Below, piece after piece: positions 27,532 through 46,609 of a DNA stretch of 64,000 nt. Numbering within the stretch: the stretch's first letter is position 1; each line of letters starts with the position of its first letter. The DNA is from Eledone cirrhosa (Eukaryota). The translations under genes and the position numbers were made by a program. Under the pieces are notes generated by a model. It was not told where the DNA came from, made no database searches, and saw only the letters and a program-made list of their open reading frames with translations. The stretch covers positions 369,954,001-370,018,000 of the forward strand of contig OZ024743.1 of the NCBI GenBank assembly GCA_964016885.1, in the 5' to 3' direction.

Positions 27532-28165
27532 GAAGAAGATCAACAACCTGGCTTCAAAATATATTATAAACACACAAAAATATATTATAAACACACAGAC
27601 ACCCATCAATATCTGAATTTTAAGTCGTGCCATCCACCTCATACAAAACGCAACATCCCATTTGAATTTGTACCATTGGTCGTTAGACATGCTCAACCAG
27701 CCGTGACGCTTAAACCAATCAGCTTTAGTAATTCAGTGAAACTACACACTGATTGGTCGAAATACAGTTTGCAGGGCTTAGCATTCTGGAGCCACTTTTC
27801 CCTGTATAAAATGTATAAAAGGTAGGAAATTTACCCATCTTATTACAGTTTTCGGTACGCCTGGCCGACTGAACTCACTCGATATGCAAATTAGGCTGCT
27901 CAGCCGTTAATTTTCATAAGGAAAGTATATACTTTCGAACGTTCAACTATCTGGCAGAAGGGTATACGGTTTTGATGATAGCTAACAAGCTTGAAACTAG
28001 TACATCGTTCCTGTGTCAGTGTTGAACAAAAAGGTGAAGTGGTTGCCTTAACACCGTATGGCATAAATCAGGCTGTTCGCTTGTTTACAAACGGACAAAG
28101 CGGGCGTTATAATAAACGTTCGCTAAAGTGATACGTACATATATATATATGTGTACCTGTATGTA

Positions 28166-28263
<98 letters not shown>

Positions 28264-28372
28264 CATGCTACTGTACGTCTGTATACATATATGTATGTAC
28301 GTATACATACATATTTGCATTTAAGTAAGTGCCGTACTAAGAGTGAGAAATGAAATTTCGTTTCATTATATT

Positions 28373-28443
<71 letters not shown>

Positions 28444-28449
<6 letters not shown>

Positions 28450-30814
28450 ATACTTTGGGAGGGTCATGTTGCCAATAAGAAACACACGCACCAGTTGCTT
28501 TCACTTCAATTTAATTTAATATATATTTATAAATTTACAAATTTATAAATTTCTGGTTGGTTGGTTGGTTCCACAACCAGATAGTTGTTTATATATATAT
28601 AGTCATAGTTCTTTCGTCACACACTCTGTGACCTCTTCAGTGACTGGGGATTTCTTTCTTCGTTTCTGTGCCTTTCCTTTCTTCTATCCTACGCCATTTT
28701 GTTTGTGTGTGGGTTGCGTGCTCAGTTTGCGCATGCGCCACATCCGGGTGTCTGTGTGTGTTTGTGTTCATTTTTCTATTTTTCTATTTATATTTGTTTG
28801 TTTATTTATTTATTTATTGTTGGTTGGTTGTTTGTTCTATGTGTGTGTGTGTTTTCATTTTGTCTTGTGTGTGTTTTCATTTTGTGTGTGTTTTCAATTG
28901 TAAGTTGTTTGTTCTATGTGTGTGTGTGTGTTTTCATTTTGTCCTTAATTGTAAGTTGTGATGTTGCTGTTCCACTCATATTTTCTATTTAATTTTGGTT
29001 TTAATTCTTTTATGCTTACTGCCTCTGTAATTTGCCTAAACATTGCGTCTTTCTTGTGTGTGGATTCTATTTTTATTTCTATGCTCTCTAATTTACCCCT
29101 GTGTTCTATCTTAGCATGTTGGTAGAGCACAGATGATTCTTTACTATCTTGGAGGTCTCGCCAGTGTTCATTTATTCGTTCCCCTATACTACGAGCTGTC
29201 TCACCTATGTACACTATATTTTTGTTTCTACATTGTCCTTCAGTACATCTTATGCTATATACTACATTTCTAGTTTTACAGTTAATATGGGGGCTTATTT
29301 TACAGAGCTCTGGTTAGATACTATTAACAACCAAAAACAAATCCTCCATTCCCATTATGCCAAACCCATGACTTCCAAACATCTGATCCACCGAAACTCG
29401 GCCATTTCGGACCATACCAAAATCAACATACTGATTGCGGATTTGGTACGGGTGATGAGAAATGTGTCCCGCATGTGCAACCCCGAAGAACTAGAGAGAC
29501 ACATACAACACTTCATCCACCGTATGCAGTTCTCTGGCTACAATCAGAGAGATAGAATCAGAGTGTATAAAGGAGCCAGAACCAAATGGGAAAAAATGGT
29601 AAATAATGACATAAATGGGACCTGCCCCTTGTATAGGAGCAAATTTTGGAATAGAATAGAAAGAACTAAGAACAAGGCCAATAGAATAAACTCATGGTAT
29701 GATAGCAATAAATACCAGAGTGTAATGTTCATCAATACAACCCCTAGAGGCGAACTAGCCTACAAATTTAGAAGGGCCCTAAAGAAACATAATCTCAATA
29801 TTAAGATAGTAGAAAGACCAGGTACCTCCGTAAAAACACTTATTAGCAAGACATACCCGTTCCAAAGACCCTCATGTATAGATAAGAAATGTATAACCTG
29901 TAAAATAAGCCCCCATATTAACTGTAAAACTAGAAATGTAGTATATAGCATAAGATGTACTGAAGGATAATGTAGAAACAAAAATATAGTGTACATAGGT
30001 GAGATAGCTCGTAGTATAGGGGAACGAATAAATGAACACTGGCGAGACCTCCAAGATAGTAAAGAATCATCTGTGCTCTACCAACATGCTAAGATAGAAC
30101 ACAGGGGTAAATTAGAGAGCATAGAAATAAAAATAGAATCCACACACAAGAAAGACGCAATGTTTAGGCAAATTACAGAGGCAGTAAGCATAAAAGAATT
30201 AAAACCAAAATTAAATAGAAAATATGAGTGGAACAGCAACATCACAACTTACAATTAAGGACAAAATGAAAACACACACACACATAGAACAAACAACTTA
30301 CAATTGAAAACACACACAAAATGAAAACACACACAAGACAAAATGAAAACACACACACACATAGAACAAACAACCAACCAACAATAAATAAATAAATAAA
30401 CAAACAAATATAAATAGAAAAATAGAAAAATGAACACAAACACACACAGACACCCGGATGTGGCGCATGCGCAAACTGAGCACGCAACCCACACACAAAC
30501 AAAATGGCGTAGGATAGAAGAAAGGAAAGGCACAGAAACGAAGAAAGAAATCCCCAGTCACTGAAGAGGTCACAGAGTGTGTGACGAAAGAACTATGACT
30601 ATATATATATAAACAACTATCTGGTTGTGGAACCAACCAACCAACCAGAAATTTATAAATTTGTAAAATTTATAAATATATATTAAATTAAATTGAAGTG
30701 AAAGCAACTGGTGCGTGTGTTTCTTATTGGCAACATGACCCTCCCAAAGTATAACAATATCGGTTTAAACACACGATTTCAGATAAAGAATCTTGCTAAA
30801 CAAATTCAGAAACG

Positions 30815-30818
<4 letters not shown>
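28444..30818. mobile_element. family-A PLE: truncated + strand copy (29304-30818) preceded by an ~860-bp inverted copy of its own 3' end
   Basis: GIY-YIG peptides on both strands (28945-29214 -, 29989-30258 +); hammerheads at 28601-28645 (-) and 30556-30600 (+). Confidence 0.92.
30453..30511 (+). promoter_or_regulatory. putative pLTR promoter motif cluster (ETS-, NRF1- and YY1-like)
   Basis: CCGGATGT, GCGCATGCGC and AAAATGGCG within 60 bp upstream of the hammerhead; kept in the copies near 28690-28750, 31770-31830 and 33800-33855. Confidence 0.4.
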
Positions 30819-30866
<48 letters not shown>

Positions 30867-30910
30867 ATATATATATATATATATAATATATATATATATA
30901 TAATATATAT

Positions 30911-31044
<134 letters not shown>

Positions 31045-31103
31045 ATATATATATATATATATTATATATATATATATTATATATATAATATATATATATT
31101 ATG

Positions 31104-31153
<50 letters not shown>

Positions 31154-31187
31154 CATATATATATATATGTATATATATATTTATATA

Positions 31188-34414
<3,227 letters not shown>

Positions 34415-34511
34415 CTATATATATTTCATATATATATAGAGAGGTTATCACATACATAAAATTAAATTAAATTAAATCAAAGATACATATTGATTCTGTA
34501 GACACGATTTA

Positions 34512-34624
<113 letters not shown>

Positions 34625-34679
34625 ATATATATTATATATATATATATATTATATATATATTACATATATATATATATAT

Positions 34680-34713
<34 letters not shown>

Positions 34714-34765
34714 ATAAATATATATTACATATATATATATATATATATAATATATATATATATAT

Positions 34766-34863
<98 letters not shown>

Positions 34864-34884
34864 ATATATATATTATATTACATA

Positions 34885-34933
<49 letters not shown>

Positions 34934-34941
34934 CATCATAA

Positions 34942-36684
34942 TCTATAAAGCTCAGTGTATGGTTACATTTCTTTGTTATAGAAATCTACGATATAGAATT
35001 TCTTCAATTGAAATTTACAATTCAGTATTCGAAATAGCTTCGATTGGGTCATGGCACATATATTTTTTTCAATTTCACCCACAATTACGCAAAAAATAGA
35101 TAAACCTCAATATTTTACGATTTCCCTCTATCATTTAAACTGCTAAACTCTTTCCATTACCATTCAAAATCCATACAACTTCATACTTTATGCTACTTTC
35201 ACTTTCCAAGCTGAAACAACACGTAAAATGAAACTAAATTATTCTTTTCCTTTTACATTGTTCAGGTTGATGGTGATACTGTCCGTTTTACTCTCTCATA
35301 TCATCTGATTCCCTCTATCAACAATCCACACATTTCGCTACTTTCTCTTTTATTATCTATAAAAGGCAGATTGTTGTTGTTGCGTGTGTGCACATGTTCC
35401 ATGTTTATACATTTGCACAATTTCAAACCGATTCGACTCAATGTCTGTAAGAATGTTGTAAATTGTCTAACTTAGGTTAACGACTATTTATTTCATTCAA
35501 ACTCACCCACAATTATGGAAATAATCGATAAAAATAAATACATGACGCTTTACCCCTGTAATAGAATCGGTTTACCTCTCTCTACTCCCCTTCAAATTCG
35601 ATAAAACTACATACATGCTTACAAACTTCCTTTAGGAACGCCGAAGAGAGAGAGAGAAGAGAGTGAGAGGGAGAGAGAGAGAGAACGTTTATTATTACAT
35701 AAAGTACCAATAATGTACTGGGTAATTGCTGGCCTTGTGCCCAAAAAATAGAAACAATTATTACATTTCATACGAAACGACAATTATTCAAAAGCAACAG
35801 ATACATTTATTCAACAACAAGCGATAAATCTTTTTTAAAACCTCTCAACGAACGTGGATTCTTACAGACTTTGAGTCGAATCGGTTTGAAATTGTGCAAA
35901 TGTATAAACATGGAACATGTGCACACACACAGCAACAACAATCTGCCTTTCATAACTAAACCTGCTAGAAACAGCAGCTAACTCTCCCCCATATCACACC
36001 ACTCCCTACTGTCTTAAATTTAGAAAACACATATCCTCTATGAGGTTACTAAACCTGCTAGAAACAGCAGCTAACTCTCCCCCACATCACACCCATCCCT
36101 ATTGTCTTAAATTTAGAAAACATATCTTCTATGAGGTCACTAAACCTGCTAGAATCAGCAGCTAACTCTCCCCCATATCACACCACTCCCTACTGTCTTA
36201 AATTTAGAAAACATATCTTCTATGAGGTCACTAAACCTGCTAGAATCAGCAGCTAACTCTCCCCATATCACACCACTCCCTACTGTCTTAAATTTAGAAA
36301 ACACATATCCTCTATGAGGTCACTAAACCTGCTAGAAACAACAGCTAACTCTCTCTCATATCACAACCCTCCCTACTGTCTTAAATTTAGAAAACACACC
36401 GACAACCATGAAGAACAACTCCATCGCAGCTCTGTTGTTCGGCTGGCATCGTCTACGCGCGTGTTGCGCAAGTACTGTGAAACAATAAATTTCAACACTC
36501 TTTTGCACAGGGATAATATCCATAGGCGAAATTACAATTGTCATTGCTGGCGCAGCTCCTGCTTCCAGGTCTGCAATTCATTCACCCAGTGCCTGGCAGA
36601 CAAAAAAGTGCTGCCATAAAATGGGTGGTGCAACCTAACTTTGGTAACTTAATGACCCCGAGCAACGCCGGGCTTTAATGCTAG
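34942..36684 (+). mobile_element. non-autonomous Helitron 1
   Basis: A|TCTATAAAGC start; 3' GC hairpin CCCGAGCAACGCCGGG then CTAG|T; no Rep/helicase ORF. Confidence 0.75.
35956..36397 (+). repeat. minisatellite, ~5 x 91-93 bp
   Basis: Units start at 35956, 36049, 36140, 36231 and 36323. Confidence 0.95.
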
Positions 36685-36687
36685 TAA

Positions 36688-37444
36688 TCTATAAAGCTCA
36701 GTGTATGGTCACACTTCTTTGTTATAGAAATCTACGATATAGAATTTCTTCAATTGAAATTTACAATTCAGTATTCGAAATACCTTCGATTGGGTCATGA
36801 CACACATATTTTCTTCAATTTCACCCACAATTATGCAAAAAATCGATAAAACTCAATATTTTACGTTTATCCCTCTCTCATTTCAACTGCTAAACTCTTT
36901 CCATTACCCTTCAAAATCTATACAACTTCATACCTTCTGCTACTTTCTCTTTCCAAGCTGAAACAACTATTCTTTTCATTTTACATTGTTCATGTTGATG
37001 GTGATACTGTCCGTTTTACTCTCTCACTCATACACTTTACAGACTAAACAACAAAATCATTAGCTACATTAACGTACAATTTCGTTTATTCTAAATGTGA
37101 GTCTTCAAACTGATTTATTTATTTGCAAACACATACAAACACACACTCACATCAAATGAATAATTAAACTTTAAATCAATTTAACCACGTGCCGGATTTC
37201 TAACCACACATACACACTTCATTAACAAATAAAAATTCTAATTTGTGACAATTGTTTTCTTTCAATCGTAAACACTAATCGTAAACACTATTCGCAGACT
37301 TCCTTAAACAACAAGATCAATTGCGTAGCCGGTATTCATTATGTAGCCGGTAAAGCTATGTAGCAGGTAAAAGGCTATGTAGTCAGTACGATGTTATATA
37401 GCATGAAAAGTTTATATAACCGGTAAATGTTATGTCGCCATTAG

Positions 37445-37507
<63 letters not shown>

Positions 37508-37976
37508 TACCGTCAATACACACGTGTGTGTGTGCGTGTTTCAATGTAGTTTTCGTTAACAATGACGAGAGTACAATCGCGCCAGAAACAATTCAATTTC
37601 TCATTCTTAACTGCTCGGGACGTTCACAGGTTCATTAAGTACATTCAGTAAGGAATAAAAAAAATTAGGGATTGAACCCAAAACCACGACATAAACAGGC
37701 ACCAACAAACGTTTTCTTTGTCCTGTCAAAAAGTGATTGATCCTATCCCTTTCACCTACGACCTCAGTTAGGTCAGGCGAAAGTCAAATAGACAGGGGAT
37801 CACCTATGTAGGTACAAACCCTGCTGCGGTATGTCTATTTTTCTAGCTGCAACCAGATTATATATACCATAGTTAACAGAGACCATGACACACCAGGCCT
37901 GCAAACCAAACGAGATGGAATATTCATTATAATACATCAGTTCCTCAGCCCCGAGCAACGCCGGGCACTTCTGCTA

Positions 37977-37977
<1 letters not shown>
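36688..37977 (+). mobile_element. non-autonomous Helitron 2
   Basis: Same 5' ~340 bp as Helitron 1; same terminal hairpin plus CTAG|T at 37949-37978. Confidence 0.75.
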
Positions 37978-38029
<52 letters not shown>

Positions 38030-38034
<5 letters not shown>

Positions 38035-38432
38035 TAGCGAGAATCGTATTTCAGCACAGGAATTAACGAAAATCAACATCCGATATGTGTGGCAAGCGCT
38101 CGATGATTCATGTGAATCAGAGCTACAACATACGTTAAGGGCCAAACACACTGAGATGATGGTTAAACATATCATCCGCACAGCCAAAACAAACGACCAA
38201 GTAATTCGGGTCAAACAATAAAAAATATGTGTTGATATTTTCCCGGACCCTGGACTGATGGTAAAATCCAGTATTTGGTTTCTGCGACTCCAAAATCAGG
38301 TACTGTCCGCCTCCATAAAGAATGTTTGGCTTCAGGTAAGATGATGAACAAGGAAGTCGTGTTATCAACGGGTTTTGTTCTAGGATGCTATAGATAAGAG
38401 TGTCTATTACTGACCCCATGTGGAGTTCAGCA
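38030..38432 (-). mobile_element. unclassified small (TA)n-inserted element, diverged relative of 48029-48897
   Basis: Colinear shared blocks GGGTCCGGG, CCCGAAT, GTGCGG.TGAT, TTAACG, TAGCTCTGATT..AATCA.CGAGC, CATATCG, CGAT.CTCG. Confidence 0.65.
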
Positions 38433-38465
38433 TATATATATATATATAATATATATATAATATAT

Positions 38466-40278
<1,813 letters not shown>

Positions 40279-40302
40279 TATAATATATATAATATATATA
40301 TA

Positions 40303-40335
<33 letters not shown>

Positions 40336-40380
40336 ATATATATTATATATAATATATATATAAATTATATATATATATAA

Positions 40381-40439
<59 letters not shown>

Positions 40440-41383
40440 ATATCTCTTTAAATAGGTATATATTTCTTTAAAAATATACCCATCTTTCTACCTTATTTCA
40501 ATGTTATTTATTATACATTATATAATACTAGTTACTCGTTCTATATCACTCCTATTTATCACTTCCCTTTCTTTCTTTTTTCCTTTTTTCTTTTCTTTTT
40601 TCTTTTTCTTTTAATTTATAACCCCTAATCTGTACCTTTTCTTCCTAGATACTTCTCAATTATCATTGTGCCTAACGTAGAAACAATTATTACTCAGCAC
40701 AATATATTCTTACTTTATATCACCTTGAAAAAAAACCTTCGTAAACATAAACATTTTTTTGACGTTAGATTATTCATCCTCAATTCATAATTTTTTCTCC
40801 CTTTTATGCTCATATAACTTATACATATTACAGTTATTCATCCACTCTTCTACTTCTTTCACAATATATCCTTAATTACATTACTATTGCTATATTTTTA
40901 TATTTTTTAATAACATATATCAACAATTTCTTTCCATCGCACATATTATTAAACCCTTAAATATTTTTCTTAATACATATTAACAATTTCTTTTCATCGC
41001 ACATACTATTAAACCCTTAAATTTACAAACCTTAATTTAACATTATTCTAAAATTTTTCTCTTCGTTAATTTTCAAATTCTTTTAATTTATACATTATCT
41101 TCCAACGGTTTTTCAACCTCTCTATGTAAAACAATATATTTTTCTCAGTTATAAAAGCTATCTCTCTCTCTCTATCACCCATCTCTCCTCCTATCTCATC
41201 CTTCCTCATTATACTCCTCCCCCTCCACTTTTTACTCTCATCTCCTCTTTTTCATCCTTTCCAACCCCCAACCCACCTCAATTTTTTTCCCAATATCACA
41301 CATCAATCTAAAACTACTTTTCATATGTTGATTTAAAACTGTACTATTCACAAGTGTGTTTTAACCTTCATATCATGTCTTCC

Positions 41384-41454
41384 TATTTTATCTGACGAAA
41401 ACGCAAATGTTATTGCATGATGATATTTGTTTTTGAAATGCGCATAATAAAATA
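41384..41454 (+). ncRNA. type I hammerhead ribozyme in the 5' pLTR (mutated copy 45073-45143; relatives 60565-60635 -, 61426-61496 +)
   Basis: TATTTTAT-CTGACGA-long stem II-GAAA-TGCGCA (palindrome)-TA-ATAAAATA. Confidence 0.88.
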
Positions 41455-41663
41455 CATGGAACTCTTTTAATCATCTTTTGATCTTATATATTATTATTTA
41501 TACTCCAGTCCTACAAACTGTAGAGTGCTACTTATCCGATATCTGCATTGCTTTATTGTACTACAATAAAACTCACCTCCTACATTAACTTGCTCCTTAA
41601 CGGTTGAGCGCTAACTCTCATATTGGATACCTTTTGATGGTCCTTTACTTTTTCTTCTACAAC

Positions 41664-44065
41664 ATGGATTATTACAACATAACCACTTCAACTAAAGACA
41701 TTCCTATACCTGGTAAATCTGAATTCACCAAACTTCTAATTGAAAAAACTTACTCCTTTGTAAGAAGGCTTAGATGGATAGCTTATTTCTATGACCAGCG
41801 CCTAAAAGGGAACTTCTATACAAAGGAACATAACTTCCTCGATCATCTATTTAATTCTAGAAGAAATCCTTCTTCCAACAAAAATCTAGTGCAATTCGAG
41901 GAGGAGTTAACTAGCATTATAAAAAATCTTAAATTCAAGAGAAACCCTTATAGAGGACAAGAGCACCTTGTAAATCTCAAGAACACAATTCCAAACCTAA
42001 ATTCCTCAAAAAATGTTTTAGTCCACTCTGACAAAACCAATAATTTATATGGTATTTCCAAGGATAACGATAACAACATTATCCTAAAGGAACTTAGAAA
42101 AAAATATCGGAAAACCAACCATGATAATTTAGAATCCATAAACTTTGAAGCTTCTGAGATTATGTCAAAACTTGGCATCGGAAAAAAGACCGAACCATTC
42201 CTCCCAAGAACTCCGCGAATAAATCTCAAGGATCACAAAAACAATTTTCGTACTGAACTACCTGTTAAACTAATCGCCCCCTCTAAATCAGATCTGGGGG
42301 TTGTTAGCAAAGCCATCTTGGATAGAATTATCCCACAGTTTCGTTCTAATTGCTCTTCTTTGAACTTAAATTTATGGTTTGGTACTTCTAAAGTGATTGG
42401 CTGGTTCAACAAATTGAATAAGAAAAATAAACAAAAATTTATTCAATTTGATATTGCCAGCTACTATTCTTCTATTTCGCCCTCACTTCTTAACAATGCT
42501 CTATCTTTCGCTTACAAATATTTAGACATCACCACAGATGAACTTCACATCATTCTCACCGCACGTAAAACCATCCTAGAGTTCAACAATGAATATTGGA
42601 CCAGAGCTGATAACTCTAACAACTTTGACATCACAATGGGAGCATCCGATTCATCCCAATTGACAGATTTAATTGGTATCTTTATTTTGAACTCTTTGAA
42701 TCGGAAAATTCCTCAACTTCGCGGTGGAATTTATCGTGACGATGGACTCTTTACTATCTTAAATTGCAACATAGTTAACCTTAATATTATTAAGAACAAT
42801 ATACGTAATCTCTTTAACCAACATAACTTAAAAATTGAATTAGATAACAGCATCAAACTAGCTAATTTCTTGGATGTATCTCTTAATCTTGACACTGGCC
42901 TATATTACCCTTACCATAAAAACAATGAGAACCTAAATTATGTTAATTTTAAATCTAACCACCCCACTAATATGAAGAATCCTATAGTTAGTAATATTGA
43001 AAAAAGAATATCTAACCTATCTTCTAATAAAAACATCTTTGATGCTAACGCCAATTACTATAATAACGCGCTTTCTAAAGCCGGTTATCCTGATAAAATC
43101 AAATATAGTAAAGAAACAAATTCTAGAAGATCTTACAGTAGAATAATTAATCATGATCATTCCAATAACCTTAATAAAAGACCTAGATACAAAAACATAA
43201 TCTGGTATAATGCTCCTTTCTCCATCTCTATTAATAATAATATTCCTAAATTATTCTTTAGTGCCTTAAATAAATGCTTCCCTCCCTCACATATCTATAG
43301 TAAAATATTTAACAAACACACCATAACATTTTCCTATTCGACCTCCTCCAACATCTCCAACATTATCTCTAAACACAACAATAAAATACTAAGTACTAAA
43401 TCTCTTCCTTCCAACACTGAATATCATAATAATAGTAATAGTACTCCCGACGTCATTGCTAACTCTAGGCTAATTTCTGCAAACCCAAATACAACGTCAA
43501 ACGCAACTTCGTTAAATGTTCTTAATCCCATTCTAAATCAAGAAACTATTATTCCTATCGTAAATATCTTCTCCAATCCAATCCCTTCTATAGATAACAC
43601 TAGGTCACTTGTTAATAACTCTGTTAATCTCTCTAATCGCAATTGCAATTGCCCTGTTAAAAATAAATGTCTTCTCAACAACCATTGTCTTGAAAAAAAC
43701 TTAATCTACGAATGTAAAGTTATAACTGACACCAATTCCTTTACCTATTTTGGCTCCACTTCCACCTCCTTTAAAGCTCGTCTTTATAATCATCATTCGC
43801 CTTTTAAATACCAACTTAAAATAACCAACACGGCACTCTCAGAACTCATATGGTCCTTGAAAGACAAAGATATTAACTATAACATCTCTTGGAAGAAGGT
43901 TTGTTCTGCTTCTTGAATAGTTCTCTATCCAATACATGCAAACTCTGTTTATGTGAAAAATTTACCATTATAACTAATTTAGATTCTATAATAAATAGAC
44001 GCACTGACTTGTTTTCTCTCTGCTTGCATAAATTCCACAGAACATTCCATAAAGTATACAGCTAA
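41664..44065 (+). CDS. PLE RT + GIY-YIG protein; open to 43916, then one frameshift before the last ~48 codons
   Basis: TKDIPIP, HSDKT, FIQFDIASYYSSI, GIYRDDGL, FLDVSL, CNCPVKNKC, LIY..YFG; the CKLCLCEK...CLH tail is in a shifted frame. Confidence 0.92.
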
Positions 44066-44105
44066 TATCTAATACTTTATCAATTTAAAATCCTTTTCTC
44101 AAAGG

Positions 44106-44139
<34 letters not shown>

Positions 44140-45255
44140 TATTTCTTTAAAAATATACCCATCTTTCTACCTTATTTCAATGTTATTTATTATACATTAT
44201 ATAATACTAGTTACTCGTTCTATATCACTCCTATTTATCACTTCCCTTTCTTTCTTTTTTCCTTTTTTCTTTTCTTTTTTCTTTTTCTTTTAATTTATAA
44301 CCCCTAATCTGTACCTTTTCTTCCTAGATTCTTCTCAATTATCATTGTGCCTAACATAGAAACAATTATTATTCAGCACAATATATTCTTACTTTATATC
44401 ACCTTGAAAAAATCCTTCGTAAACATAAACATTTTTTTGACGTTAGATTATTCATCCTAAATTCATTATTTTTTTCTCCCTTTCATGCTCATCTAACTTA
44501 TACATATTACACTTATTCACCCACTCTTCTACTTCTTTCACAATATATCCTTAATTACATTACTATTGCTATATTTTTATATTTTTTAATAACACATATC
44601 AACAATTTCTTTCCATCGCACATATTATTAAACCCTTAAATATTATTCTTAATACATATTAACAATTTCTTTTCTTTTCATCGCACATACTATTAAACCC
44701 TTAAATATAAAAACCTTAAATTAACATTATACTAAAAATTTTCTCTTCGTTAATTTTCAAATTCTTTTATTTTATATATTATCTTCCAACGGTTTTTCAA
44801 CCTCTCTATGTAAAACAATATATTTTTCTCAGTTATAAAAGCTATCTCTCTCTCTCTCTATCACCCATCTCTCCTCCTATCTCATCCTTCCTCATTATAC
44901 TCCTCCCCCTCCACTTTTTACTTTCATCTCCTCCGCTTTTTCATCCTTTCCAACCCCCAACCCACCTCAATTTTTTTCCCAATATCACACATCAATCTAA
45001 AACTACTTTTCATATGTTGATTTAAAACTGTACTATTCACAAGTGTGTTTTAACCTTCATATCATGTCTCCCTATTTTATCTGACGAAAACGCAAATGTT
45101 ATTGCATGATGATATTTGTTTTTGAAAGGCACATAATAACATACATGGAACTCTTTTAACCATCTTTGATCTTATATACTATTATTTATACTTCAGTCCT
45201 ACAAACTTATCCGATATCTGCATTGCTTTATCGTACTACAATAAAACTCACCTCC

Positions 45256-45406
<151 letters not shown>

Positions 45407-45447
45407 AAATATATATATATATGCAAGCGGGGAAGATGGACGTTAAA

Positions 45448-45541
<94 letters not shown>

Positions 45542-45582
45542 ATATTATATATATATATATTATATATATTATATATATATAT

Positions 45583-45616
<34 letters not shown>

Positions 45617-45720
45617 ATTATATATATATATATATATATTATATACATATATATTATATATATATATTATATATATATATTATATATACATATTATATAT
45701 ATATATATATATTATATATA

Positions 45721-45810
<90 letters not shown>

Positions 45811-45812
<2 letters not shown>

Positions 45813-46133
45813 GTTATTCCGGGTTGAAACGGAGGTAACCACAGTAAGTAAGGTACTCAATACATAGCAGAGTCACAGAGAGTGCTAAAATGTACGCTAT
45901 TCCGGGTTGAATCGGAGGTAACCACAGTAAGTAAGGTACTCAATACATAGCAGAGTCACAGAGAGTGCTAAAATGTACGTTATTCCGGGTTGAATCGGAG
46001 GTAACCACAGTAAGTAAGGTACTCAATACATAGCAGAGTCACAGAGAGTGCTGATGATTTCAAATGAATGAGATTCCTGATGATTTCAAATGAATGAAAC
46101 AGTTCTAGTCCTGTAGAATCTCATCTATATTAA

Positions 46134-46138
<5 letters not shown>
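45811..46138 (+). mobile_element. mini-element (family G): 3 x 83-bp reiterated tail plus hammerhead at 46068-46124
   Basis: ATGAGATTC-CTGATGA-TTTC/GAAT-GAAA-CAG..CTG-TA-GAATCTCAT; tandem units start at 45811, 45894 and 45977. Confidence 0.8.
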
Positions 46139-46221
<83 letters not shown>

Positions 46222-46305
46222 TATGAATATAGGGTTCTAAACTCAAACAGTCCTTTACAATGAAATAGCTCAAAGAAAGAAGTATTTCTGAGCCGTGAAA
46301 TAGAA

Positions 46306-46498
46306 ATTAATATAAATTAATATATATGATAAACACTAATACAATCATATAAATGTTTATATTGTAAATGACCAAGTTAGCTAGATTGAAAAATACTAAT
46401 TATAATTAGTATTTTCCAATCTAGCTAACTTGGTCATTTACAATATAAACATTTATATGATTGTATTAGTGTTTATCATATATATTAATTTATATTAA
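46306..46498. repeat. near-perfect ~190-bp palindrome without spacer
   Basis: Centre at TAATTATAATTA near 46402. Confidence 0.9.
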
Positions 46499-46500
46499 CT

Positions 46501-46578
<78 letters not shown>

Positions 46579-46609
46579 TATTATATGTAGGAGGTGAGTT
46601 TTATTGTAG

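Larger units (their letters stand above)
25213..27850 (-). mobile_element. 5'-truncated PLE (Neptune-like) with an inverted partial pLTR at its 5' end
   Basis: RT-GIY-YIG ORF; 3' pLTR with CCAAT/TATA motifs and hammerhead; 25430-25620 present inverted at 27675-27850. Confidence 0.9.

Noticed and set aside
37738-37801. Ribozyme candidate inside Helitron 2
   Set aside because: A hairpin with GAAA but no CUGANGA, HDV or twister core on either strand
43914-43916. TGA ending the family-C ORF as possible selenocysteine (as in some Naiad PLEs)
   Set aside because: The conserved downstream CKLC...CLH tail is in a different frame, so this is a frameshift, not readthrough
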